A DNA stretch of 29,651 bases from Treponema sp. (lineage in GTDB: Bacteria > Spirochaetota > Spirochaetia > Treponematales > Breznakiellaceae). The stretch spans positions 1 through 29,651 of the forward strand of contig JAIRLZ010000220.1 of the NCBI GenBank assembly GCA_031259035.1, in the 5' to 3' direction. Each line of letters begins with the position of its first letter. Positions within the stretch are counted from its first letter, which is position 1. Shown here one piece after another: positions 8,529-16,671 of this stretch. A program made the translations under genes and the position numbers. A model generated the notes under the pieces. That model saw only the letters and a program-made list of their open reading frames with translations. It was not told where the DNA came from and ran no database searches.

Positions 8529-8662
8529 CGGCGCCGCTAAAACGTCTTTGCGGCGGTTTCTCCACAATTTCGGACTGAGGGCGATCTGGTGGAGGCGGCG
8601 CCTTGGCCTTATATGGGAAAAAGGGCTTCAAACCGCTTTTCAAACTAAAGAAGGAGCATTAT

Positions 8663-8992
8663 ATGGCTGATGAAAAATATAACGATAGAGACGCGGCGAG
8701 TGAAAGAACCCCGCGTGATGTACGGGATAGAGGTGATGACGGACGCGACGGCGACGACCGGCGTGGAGGCAAGGGCGGGAAAGTCTTTTTCAAAAAAAAG
8801 ATTTGTAGATTCTGCAACCAGAAGCTCAAGATAGACTACAAAGACGCCGACGTTTTGCGCCGTTTCATTACTGAACGGGGAAAAATTTTGCCGCGCCGGA
8901 TTACCGGCACGTGCGCGAAACATCAACGGGCGCTCGCGTTGGCGATCAAACGGGCGCGGATGATCGCGCTGCTTCCCTTTGTCGCGGAATAA
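8663..8992 (+). CDS. rpsR: 30S ribosomal protein S18 with charged N-terminal extension
   Basis: [32 protein letters not shown]; SD AAGGAG. Confidence 0.97.
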   Translation: MADEKYNDRDAASERTPRDVRDRGDDGRDGDDRRGGKGGKVFFKKKICRFCNQKLKIDYKDADVLRRFITERGKILPRRITGTCAKHQRALALAIKRARMIALLPFVAE

Positions 8993-8993
8993 C

Positions 8994-9986
8994 GTGACGA
9001 AAGACGGATCGGGACAAAACGCGATTGCGTTGGCCCTTCCGCTGATAAGCGCGATTATTTCCGTTGCGCTTTTTCAAGCAGGCGGTTTTTTTAGTCTTTT
9101 TTTTCTTGTGCCGCTGGGCGTTTTCGCGTATGGCGGCAGTGTAAGGGCGGCGTGGATCACGTGTGCGGTTGCGATTGCGGGAAATGCGGCTGTTTCTCTT
9201 GCATTGCTTATGGCGTTTCACAACCAACAAGCCGCAGACTGGATCGCTTTTGCATGGAACTGTGGAAGCGCCGGTCTTGTTTTAGCGCTGTGGACGTGGA
9301 TCACATCTCCGCCGCCTCAAACACAAGGGTTTTCTACCGCAAACCGGATTGTGGCCAGCGGAGCGGTCGTTTTTATACTGTTTTTGCTTGATATTTTCAG
9401 AGACTATTCGGCGTTTTTACAGCAGATGGAAAGCGCGGTGAAATACGCGATTGACTTTACGGCGGAATCTGGAATAGCCGGGATCGCATTTGACTCGCTT
9501 GATGACACAAGCGTGATAGGCGCAATGATTTCTTTCATTTTAAACGGCGCCGGACTAGCCGTAATGATTTTGTTTTTTGCGGTGAACAGGCAAGTGAGCG
9601 TATCATTCGCCCGGCTTGTCAAACCTGTGGAGAAGGCGCCTCGTTTGGCGGATTATCACGCGGAAGGCTGGCTTGTTTGGCTCTTGATCTTCGCCCTTGT
9701 GGGAGCGGTGTTTTTCAGAAAAACCGGAATGTTTGCAATGGAGGCGGTCGCGTGGAACGTAACAACCGTTTGCCTCTTTTTATATACGGCTCAAGGGTTG
9801 GGGATCGTTTTTTATTATTTATCAAAAACGGCGCGTTCTCCTTTTGTGCGGTTGTTGCAGGTTTTGTCGGCGGTGATCATTATTATAAGTCCGGCCGTCA
9901 ACCTCTTTGCCTGTGGAGGACTGCTTGTCTTGGGAATCGCCGAAAATTGGGCGCCGCTCAGAAACAAAACCGAACCGCCCCGTTAG
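8994..9986 (+). CDS. DUF2232/YybS-type membrane protein
   Basis: Multi-TM; QGLGIV..Y and LG..ENW C-terminal pattern; position between rpsR and rplI; GTG start 1 nt after the rpsR stop (exact start uncertain). Confidence 0.7.
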   Translation: MTKDGSGQNAIALALPLISAIISVALFQAGGFFSLFFLVPLGVFAYGGSVRAAWITCAVAIAGNAAVSLALLMAFHNQQAADWIAFAWNCGSAGLVLALWTWITSPPPQTQGFSTANRIVASGAVVFILFLLDIFRDYSAFLQQMESAVKYAIDFTAESGIAGIAFDSLDDTSVIGAMISFILNGAGLAVMILFFAVNRQVSVSFARLVKPVEKAPRLADYHAEGWLVWLLIFALVGAVFFRKTGMFAMEAVAWNVTTVCLFLYTAQGLGIVFYYLSKTARSPFVRLLQVLSAVIIIISPAVNLFACGGLLVLGIAENWAPLRNKTEPPR

Positions 9987-10139
9987 GAAGGATGGAACGT
10001 CTTGTTGGCTTCACCGTCGGCGCCGCCGTCAATGTCAACCGTCCGGAATGCGGCGCGGTTAAGCGCACACTAAGCGCGCACGTTGCGGACATCTGTCGAC
10101 CTGCTGTGAATAATGGATCGTCATCTACTCCGATGATGC

Positions 10140-10163
10140 AAACCGGGCGCGTTCCGGTTTTTT
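10140..10163 (+). terminator. Terminator-like hairpin inside the operon
   Basis: aaaccgg/ccggttt stem followed by TTT. Confidence 0.4.
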
Positions 10164-10170
10164 GTCCTAG

Positions 10171-10217
10171 GGAACCGTTCAAACAAAATGCATGGCATTT
10201 TGTTTATGAACGGTTCC
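10171..10217. repeat. 47-bp MITE-like palindrome (family D)
   Basis: ggaaccgttca/tgaacggttcc outer arms and aacaaaatgc/gcattttgtt inner arms; flanked by ctag and taag. Confidence 0.75.
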
Positions 10218-10372
10218 TAAGAGATCCTCAACAATGAGAGATTCTCCACCCCTTGAGTATTCGAGGGAATTTATATACCGTAAACTCCACGCGGAGATCG
10301 CGCGTCTGTACGGACTCCGCGAGGCTGCGTTTGGCGCGTCAGCCGCGCATGGGGTTTCCAAAAGGAGCTTGT

Positions 10373-10969
10373 ATGAAGGTTATTTTGAACAAAGACCTTG
10401 CCACACTCGGCGAGGAAGGTGATGTACGGGACGTCGCCCGCGGTTATTTCAGAAACTATCTTTTCCCGCGGGGCATAGCCGTACCCTATAACGACAAAAC
10501 GGTCAAAATTTTCGAAGCCCGAAAAGATGAAATCGCGGCGAGAAAAGCCGAAAAGCGCAAGGACGCGGCAAGTCTTAAAGAAAAATTGGAAGCGTTGTCT
10601 CTTGTTTTGACAATGCCCGCAGGCGCGAACGGAAAGCTGTACGGCGCGGTGACGAGTCAAACCATTGCCGAAGAGCTAGCCAAACAGAGCTTCCAGTTTG
10701 AACGGAAACGTATTGAACTTCCCGGCAACAGTTTTAAAAGCGTGGGGAAATACAAGATCACACTCAGGCTCTATGAGGGAGCGGTCGCCGAGATTCCGCT
10801 GACAGTAGAGGCGCAGGCGGCGGAAACGAAAGCCCACGCCCCCGCAACGGACAAAAGACGCCGCAGACGCGGCGAACGGCGCGTTGAGGAGGAAATTGCG
10901 TCCGAAGCCCAGCCGGAACAGGCGGCGGCGTCCAAAGCTGCGCATGAGGAACAGAACGGGCAGGCTTGA
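10373..10969 (+). CDS. rplI: 50S ribosomal protein L9 with C-terminal extension
   Basis: MKVIL...LG..GDV..VARGY.RNYL.P, GKLYGAVT; SD AAGGAG; the upstream in-frame extension in the ORF track is not L9-like. Confidence 0.97.
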   Translation: MKVILNKDLATLGEEGDVRDVARGYFRNYLFPRGIAVPYNDKTVKIFEARKDEIAARKAEKRKDAASLKEKLEALSLVLTMPAGANGKLYGAVTSQTIAEELAKQSFQFERKRIELPGNSFKSVGKYKITLRLYEGAVAEIPLTVEAQAAETKAHAPATDKRRRRRGERRVEEEIASEAQPEQAAASKAAHEEQNGQA

Positions 10970-11015
10970 CAGCGTGGCAGGTTTGGAACAAAACAGGCTT
11001 GGATGACCATAGGGT

Positions 11016-12383
11016 ATGGCGGCATTAAAAGACAAAATTCCACCGCATGACGATACTGCGGAGCAAGCGACGCTTGGGGCGTTGCTCCTTGACGCGGAAG
11101 CTATAGCCGTAGCAATCCAGTACCTTCGTCCCGATGATTTTTACTCAAACGCCAATAAAGCCGTCTATGAGGCTATTCTGGGTCTGTTTAACAAGGGCGT
11201 CAAGGCGGACATCTTAACCATTACCGGCGAGTTGAAACAAAACGGCAAACTTGAAGAAGCGGGCGGAGCCGCGTATGTCGCGTCCTTGACCAATGTGGTG
11301 CCTACAAGCGCAAACGCCGAGTACTACGCGCAAACGGTGCAGAATTATTCCCTGCGCCGCGCCATGCAACGGGTGTCCGGCGAGAATATAGCCCAATCCT
11401 TTGACGAATCGCTTGAACCGCGGGCCATATTAGAAGAAATCCAGCAAAAACTTTTTGATTTAAGCGACAACCGGCAGGCGTTCAAGGCAAAAAGCGTACG
11501 GGAACTGATTCCCAATGTGATAGCGGCCCTTGAACGCATACAGGCCGCAAAGAAAGAATTCACCGGCATTCCTTCGGGGTTTGACGAGCTTGACAAGCTG
11601 ACATCCGGGTTTCAGCCCTCCGAGTTTATCATTATTGGAGCGCGTCCTTCCATGGGAAAAACGGCGCTCGCCTTGAGTATGGCGTCGCACATTTCCATAC
11701 AAAAACACATGCCAACGGCGTTTTTCTCTTTAGAGATGTCCGACATGTCTCTCATGCTCCGCCTTATCTCAAGCGAAGCCAAGATAAACAGCAACAAACT
11801 GAGAACCGGTTATTTTCCGAACAGCGATTTTGTTTACATTCAAGAGGCCGCCGGACGGCTCTACGACGCGCCCTTGTACCTTGTGGATATGCCGAATATG
11901 AAACTTCTGGATTTGCGCGCTCATGCGCGGCGGCTTCGGGCGCAGCAGAACGTGGCGATCATTTTTATCGACTACTTGGGGCTTATCAACGTGGAAAATT
12001 TCCGCATACCCCGTTTTGAACAAATAGCCGAAGTTTCCCGTTCGCTCAAAAGCCTCGCCCGCGAACTCAATATTCCAATTGTGGCGCTCTCCCAACTTAC
12101 CCGCGCTGCGGAGGGTGAAAAACCGAACTTGTCAAGTTTGAGAGATTCCGGTTCCATTGAGCAGGATGCCGATGTCGTGATGTTTTTGCATAGGGAACGG
12201 GAATATGAGAAAAAAGGGGAAGGCGGCGTTAATAATGGCGTGAATAATTCGGGAGAAAAAAAAAAGGAAGGGACGACAAGCCTCATTTTAGCGAAACAGC
12301 GGAACGGGCCTGTCGGCACCGTTCAACTGACATTTTTACCGGATTACACAAAATTTACCAATTTTTCAAAAGAAAGCCCATAA
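11016..12383 (+). CDS. dnaB: Replicative DNA helicase
   Basis: PPH...AEQ..LG, GARPSMGKT (Walker A), IDYLGL, SQL.R, LRDSGSIEQDADVV, KQRNGP. Confidence 0.98.
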   Translation: MAALKDKIPPHDDTAEQATLGALLLDAEAIAVAIQYLRPDDFYSNANKAVYEAILGLFNKGVKADILTITGELKQNGKLEEAGGAAYVASLTNVVPTSANAEYYAQTVQNYSLRRAMQRVSGENIAQSFDESLEPRAILEEIQQKLFDLSDNRQAFKAKSVRELIPNVIAALERIQAAKKEFTGIPSGFDELDKLTSGFQPSEFIIIGARPSMGKTALALSMASHISIQKHMPTAFFSLEMSDMSLMLRLISSEAKINSNKLRTGYFPNSDFVYIQEAAGRLYDAPLYLVDMPNMKLLDLRAHARRLRAQQNVAIIFIDYLGLINVENFRIPRFEQIAEVSRSLKSLARELNIPIVALSQLTRAAEGEKPNLSSLRDSGSIEQDADVVMFLHREREYEKKGEGGVNNGVNNSGEKKKEGTTSLILAKQRNGPVGTVQLTFLPDYTKFTNFSKESP

Positions 12384-12428
12384 TTTTCTCCTACAAAATG
12401 CCAAGAAGAACAGGAAGATAAGGAAAAA

Positions 12429-12731
12429 ATGATGTTTATTGACAATTACAACCTTGAAAACCTAAAAAATGAGGCTGAACGGCTCGTTTTTGATGAAATT
12501 AAAACGCAACTAGAGAGTTTCCCGGAAGGCGAGATATGTACGTGCAACGAGTGCGTCATCGACATCGCCGCAATAACATTGAATACGGTGAAACCTTTTT
12601 ACCGCCACTCGCTGCTCGGTACGCTCTACGCTTTAGAAGCGCTCAACATTGATGAGGAATATGCGCAGAGCATACGCGCCGCCGTCGCGCAGGCGATTGA
12701 GAAGGTCAGAAAGAATCCCGCTCATAGTTGA
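12429..12731 (+). CDS. ComFB-family protein
   Basis: N..E..V, C.C..C..DIAA..LN..KP.Y motif; about 100 aa. Confidence 0.8.
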   Translation: MMFIDNYNLENLKNEAERLVFDEIKTQLESFPEGEICTCNECVIDIAAITLNTVKPFYRHSLLGTLYALEALNIDEEYAQSIRAAVAQAIEKVRKNPAHS

Positions 12732-14694
12732 ACTGTAGATTCGGCGTGGTTTCCGTTTTTTGCTCAAGCGTCCATTCGTCCTCATAGAGACGAAATTGAG
12801 CTGACAACAAGCCTGTTTGCGGATCGTGCCACGAAATAACGCCGTCTGTATCCACAGAGACGAAAAAGTTCCCGCCGTCAACCAGATGGACGGGAAAACC
12901 GCCTTTCTGCTCAAGAGCGGTGTACGTCCCGTCTTCGCCAACCGCCACCGCCCGCCCGTCCAAGAGAGTGGATGCCGCTGTCCCGCCGGTTTCCGCGAAG
13001 GCAAAGGCAAGTTTTTCACCAGGCGCTTCCATTAAAACCGGAGATTGCGCGGTGTTTGACATATCAAGCCTGATTAAGATCGTTTTCCACTCCCCTCGCT
13101 CATTTGAAACAATCCCGCCATACACAGCGCCGCTTGCGGAGCGGTAGACCCGCGCCCCGACCATCGTCCCGGCTATTGCGGGGGCGGGGTAGGCGAGCGG
13201 AACAGTCTCGCTGGTGGCAAGGTTCACCTTTAAGAAAGGCGCTATGCCGTCTCCCCGTCCCACGATGAGGTTTCTATCATCAAGAAAGGCCGCGTCCAGA
13301 GAACCCGCGGAGGAGAACAAGAACACGCTCTTATTTGTTTCAAGCGAAAGCGCCGTTATTTCCCCCACAGAATCCAAAAAGAGCGCTTTTCCATTGAAAG
13401 CCGTGACGGTGCGCAGAGGAAATTTACTCTGATAGGACAGTTCCGCATAGCTTCCATCAATGGTCAGATAATGCGGTCTTTTCCTGTCTTCGCTCCATAA
13501 AATAAACCCGTCTTCCGCGGCTGAGATGCGGGTGAAATTAGTCGCGCCAAACGAGACGCCCTTTTTCGAAAGAAGCGTCCAGTCCAACGGCATGACGGCA
13601 AAGGATCCTTCCATCAGAAAAACGATGGAGTCGCCGGCGCCGCCGGCTTCGCCTTTTACAACGGCAATATCCTTTGCCGCCAGCGGGTTTTTAACGGCAA
13701 GCTCCAGCGAAGCGCCACTTCCGCTGAAAATCCGCACCTTCCCATCAGTGGCGCCTAACGCCGCGCCATGTTGAAGCGCGGCCAGGTTTTCAACACGGAA
13801 GCGCGAATCAATAATCACGTGATCATATGTGGCTTCAATTTTTTTCAGGCTGTTAACCGTAAAGAAATAAATCGTCTGAACAGCCTCGCCATGCGCGCCC
13901 TCTTCCGCAATGCAGATAAAATCCGGCGACTCGCTTTTTACGGCGTACACGGAACCTCTCGCAACGCGGGAATCGTAATCAAGAGTTTTGCCGGTAACGG
14001 CGTCGATCACAAACAAGCCCCTCGCTCCAGAGGAATCAACTCCAACGCCGGCAATAAACCGGTTGTTTCCAAACAGAATGGGCGTTTGCAAGTTGGCGAC
14101 CGTTCCGCATTGCTGTATTTCCTTCTTCTGCGCTAAATTCCAGTATGAAATCACTCCAGAAGGCATGTAGGAAATCATGGATGTCTCCGACTTGCCGGTC
14201 GCCGCAAGAGTCGCGCCGCCGGCTATATCGGGAATCGTATAGAGAAGTTCGCCGGTGTCGCCGTCAAGACATACGGTTCCGGTACGATCCGATTTAGCCA
14301 CAATAAGGAAGCCTCCCGCGCCCGAATAGGCGATGAACGCGGGTTCCGCATTAAAATCTATAGAAAACAGGCGCCCTTTCGTCTCATAATTCCACGCTGA
14401 AACGCGGCGCCGCTTGCCGTCGCTCTCTATCACGGCAAGATGCGGCTTTTCAGGACGCAAGCGCATCGCCTTTAATGGAAGATCGCTAATCTGAAAACGC
14501 TCTTCCGCGGCTCTGCGCCGCATATTCCAGAATCCCAGAAAACCATCTTCCCCTGCGGTGATGACGCGGCTGCCGTCGTAGACAACGGCTCGTATGGGTC
14601 CCCGGTGTCCGCCGGAAACCTGAAAGGAATTTTGCGCATTAGATATTGACGCGCACGAGGAAAACAGCAAAATGTATAGCGCTAAACGTCTCAT
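12706..14694 (-). CDS. Exported WD40/beta-propeller protein
   Basis: Signal peptide with a possible lipobox (LLFSSC); GH.GPI..V...VITAGEDG...FWN WD repeat and further W-N/W-H repeat ends; SD AGAGGTG upstream. Confidence 0.65.
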   Translation of the reverse strand: MRRLALYILLFSSCASISNAQNSFQVSGGHRGPIRAVVYDGSRVITAGEDGFLGFWNMRRRAAEERFQISDLPLKAMRLRPEKPHLAVIESDGKRRRVSAWNYETKGRLFSIDFNAEPAFIAYSGAGGFLIVAKSDRTGTVCLDGDTGELLYTIPDIAGGATLAATGKSETSMISYMPSGVISYWNLAQKKEIQQCGTVANLQTPILFGNNRFIAGVGVDSSGARGLFVIDAVTGKTLDYDSRVARGSVYAVKSESPDFICIAEEGAHGEAVQTIYFFTVNSLKKIEATYDHVIIDSRFRVENLAALQHGAALGATDGKVRIFSGSGASLELAVKNPLAAKDIAVVKGEAGGAGDSIVFLMEGSFAVMPLDWTLLSKKGVSFGATNFTRISAAEDGFILWSEDRKRPHYLTIDGSYAELSYQSKFPLRTVTAFNGKALFLDSVGEITALSLETNKSVFLFSSAGSLDAAFLDDRNLIVGRGDGIAPFLKVNLATSETVPLAYPAPAIAGTMVGARVYRSASGAVYGGIVSNERGEWKTILIRLDMSNTAQSPVLMEAPGEKLAFAFAETGGTAASTLLDGRAVAVGEDGTYTALEQKGGFPVHLVDGGNFFVSVDTDGVISWHDPQTGLLSAQFRLYEDEWTLEQKTETTPNLQFNYERDSF

Positions 14695-14718
14695 TCACCA
14701 CCTCTTATTTCATTAAAC

Positions 14719-14781
14719 GCCTGTTCCAAAACTAACCCGAACCGCAGGTTCGCAAACGCAGGTTCGCGGTTTGGAACAGGC
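14719..14781 (+). repeat. Family A palindrome with two internal 14-bp units
   Basis: gcctgttccaaa.../...tttggaacaggc arms; aaccgcaggttcgc and aaacgcaggttcgc in tandem; fills the rseP-WD40 gap. Confidence 0.9.
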
Positions 14782-14786
14782 TCAAA

Positions 14787-16145
14787 TTATAAACGAACAA
14801 GGTACAAAACATCGCCAAATACGGCGAACAGCATCAAGGCGAAAATCAGTACAACGCCGACGGTTTGAAAAATCGAGATAAATTTGGGATTCAAAGGACG
14901 CCGTTTGAAAATTTCAATAATAAAAAGCGCGATAAGTCCGCCGTCCAACACGGGCAAAGGCAGGAGGTTCATAACACACAGGGCGATGGAGATGAGGCAC
15001 AGAAAATCCGCCATGTTGCGAATTCCATCCGCGACACTGCTGCTAAAGCCGGCTGCCGCCACATCGCCCAGCATGTAGGTGATGCGAACCGGACCGGAAA
15101 CCGCCTGCGTAAGGTCAATGCCCTTGAAGAGCAGGGCGAGACTTTTAACCGATACGGCGAGCGTCTTCCACGCTTCGCTCAATCCCTTGCTGATCGCGGC
15201 GAATGGGGAGAGACCCGGCGTCCGGTACTCAAGCATGTGGAAGCTGAAACCAAGATCCGCGCCCTCGTTGGTGTAGACGGGTCGCAACTCGGTCCGCGTT
15301 GTCACTCCGTCCCGTTCAAAGTCAACGGCAAGCGTCTGCGGGCGCTCCTCCAAGACCGGTATCAACGCCGCGGAATACTCAATGTCCCTTCCATTAATCG
15401 TGAGGATGCGGTCGTCCTGTTTAAGACCGGCGGCTTCGGCGGGGCCCGCCTGCGCCACTTCGCTTACAACCGGATCGAGCCAGTAGTAGACGCCAATGGT
15501 TCCGGCGCCGGTATTTTTATCAAGGTTCGGCGTTATGGCCATATCTTGAACGGCGCCGCCGCGCTCCACCTTGAGGGAAAGGGTTTTCTCTGGATTGATC
15601 GCGATCTTTTCCCGTATTTCACCAAAGGTTTCAATGGGCGCTCCGTCAATGGCGATGATGCGGTCGCCGCTTTCAAGTCCCGCGACATTCGCAGGAAACG
15701 CCGTGTCTTCGCCACTAACATCCGACGCCAGCACAATGCGGTTTTCCATGTCCACTGTTGTGAATCCAACGCCCCAAATAATCGAAAAAACAAGCGCGGC
15801 AAAGACAAGATTGAAGAATGGCCCGGCAAAGGCCACCATGATGCGCTGCCACGGCTTCGCGCCAAAAAAGGTTCCTTTTACCGGAGAAATCTTGTTTTGG
15901 TTGTTTTTGTAGGCTTCCTCAAACTCATTTTCCCCACGCATCTTGCAGTAACCGCCCAGCGGAAACATGCCAAGTCGGTATTCAACGGCGCCGATTTGTT
16001 TTTTGAGGATGGGTTTGCCCCAGCCTATGGAAAAGGCTTCCACATCAATGCCCGCTATTCGCGCCGCTATAAAATGCCCCAACTCGTGGACAATAACGAC
16101 AACGCCCAGTCCGGCAAGCCCTAATAGTATTTTTAATGCAAACAT
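14787..16145 (-). CDS. rseP: Site-2 (RIP) metalloprotease RseP with two PDZ domains
   Basis: HELGH zinc motif, AGP..N, NLLPLPVLDGG, two GL..GD.I..I(D/N)G PDZ units; start reassigned to the ATG at 16145. Confidence 0.95.
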   Translation of the reverse strand: MFALKILLGLAGLGVVVIVHELGHFIAARIAGIDVEAFSIGWGKPILKKQIGAVEYRLGMFPLGGYCKMRGENEFEEAYKNNQNKISPVKGTFFGAKPWQRIMVAFAGPFFNLVFAALVFSIIWGVGFTTVDMENRIVLASDVSGEDTAFPANVAGLESGDRIIAIDGAPIETFGEIREKIAINPEKTLSLKVERGGAVQDMAITPNLDKNTGAGTIGVYYWLDPVVSEVAQAGPAEAAGLKQDDRILTINGRDIEYSAALIPVLEERPQTLAVDFERDGVTTRTELRPVYTNEGADLGFSFHMLEYRTPGLSPFAAISKGLSEAWKTLAVSVKSLALLFKGIDLTQAVSGPVRITYMLGDVAAAGFSSSVADGIRNMADFLCLISIALCVMNLLPLPVLDGGLIALFIIEIFKRRPLNPKFISIFQTVGVVLIFALMLFAVFGDVLYLVRL

Positions 16146-16151
16146 ATCTAT

Positions 16152-16180
16152 AATATACCACGATTCTGGGAGGATGACAA
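16152..16180 (-). promoter_or_regulatory. sigma70-type leaderless promoter of rseP
   Basis: Minus strand TTGTCA - 17 bp - (TGg)TATATT - 6 nt - ATG; no SD. Confidence 0.7.
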
Positions 16181-16242
16181 GAACTGGAAGCGAATTGGAA
16201 GCGAATTGGAAGCGAACTGGAAGCGAACTGGAGACGAACTGG
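16181..16242. repeat. 11-bp tandem repeat gaa(c/t)tggaagc x5.6
   Basis: Units begin at 16181, 16192, 16203, 16214, 16225 and 16236. Confidence 0.9.
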
Positions 16243-16409
16243 CTGGCGGCGGGGTTTGATGGCTTCACATCGCCGCGTGGCGGCCGCTCATTGCCAATTG
16301 TCATCGCCCGCTTGACAAAAGCGCCGAAGCGGGATAATAACCGGCATGAGCCGGAACGGAAAAACGGACTCCGCAGGGCTTGAATGCGGCCCGCGCAATA
16401 AGGATTGAC

Positions 16410-16470
16410 AAACTAGCCTGTTCCAAAACTAACCCGAACCGTAGGTTCGCGTTTTGGAACAGGCTAGTTT
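16410..16470 (+). repeat. Family A palindrome with one internal unit and perfect 20-bp arms
   Basis: aaactagcctgttccaaaac (16410..16429) / gttttggaacaggctagttt (16451..16470); CTAG near both ends. Confidence 0.92.
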
Positions 16471-16625
16471 GTGTTGAGCTTTTCCCACCGGGGCGGCTGC
16501 CGCTCTTTCAATGTGATCGTAAAACCGGCAAGCCTAAGCGCCCGTCAGCCGCAGGTTGCGTTTGCCGAAGATTAATGCGCCGGACTGTCTTGCTGCGGGG
16601 CTGTCGCCGCATACGTATTATTCAC

Positions 16626-16654
16626 TTGCCGTATCCCCGAAATTTTCTTATTAT
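16626..16654 (+). promoter_or_regulatory. sigma70-type promoter of clpP
   Basis: TTGCCG - 17 bp - TATTAT, then SD GGAGG at 16663..16667. Confidence 0.65.
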
Positions 16655-16671
16655 ATAAGGCAGGAGGCGCG

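Noticed and set aside
10253-10372. 40-aa N-terminal extension of L9; also the 20983..21051 extension of the LolA-like ORF
   Set aside because: The SD or promoter position and the family N-termini point to the downstream ATGs.
10978-11000. Fragment ggtttggaaca...aacaggct resembling the family A right arm
   Set aside because: Too short and interrupted to call a copy with confidence.
12256-12265. A10 tract in dnaB
   Set aside because: In frame within a Lys-rich loop of an essential gene; no evidence for phase variation or frameshifting.
3383-12383. Intein in DnaE or DnaB as an explanation of extra length
   Set aside because: No C/S...HN-C/S/T splice junctions seen; the extra DnaE length is explained by the OB duplication and a linker.
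14865-16124. 419-aa plus-strand ORF opposite rseP
   Set aside because: Antisense shadow; rseP motifs are unambiguous on the minus strand.
16181-16242. CRISPR interpretation of the tandem repeat or of family A
   Set aside because: No unique spacers, the 11-bp unit is too short, family A copies are dispersed, and there are no cas genes.
16146-16304. 53-aa N-terminal extension of RseP in the ORF track
   Set aside because: It encodes the promoter and the 11-bp repeats; homologues start at the first TM helix before HExxH.
16312-16338. TTGACA...GATAAT promoter with a cccgctt/aagcggg palindrome
   Set aside because: The 15-bp spacer is short and there is no credible ORF right downstream; clpP has a better promoter at 16626.
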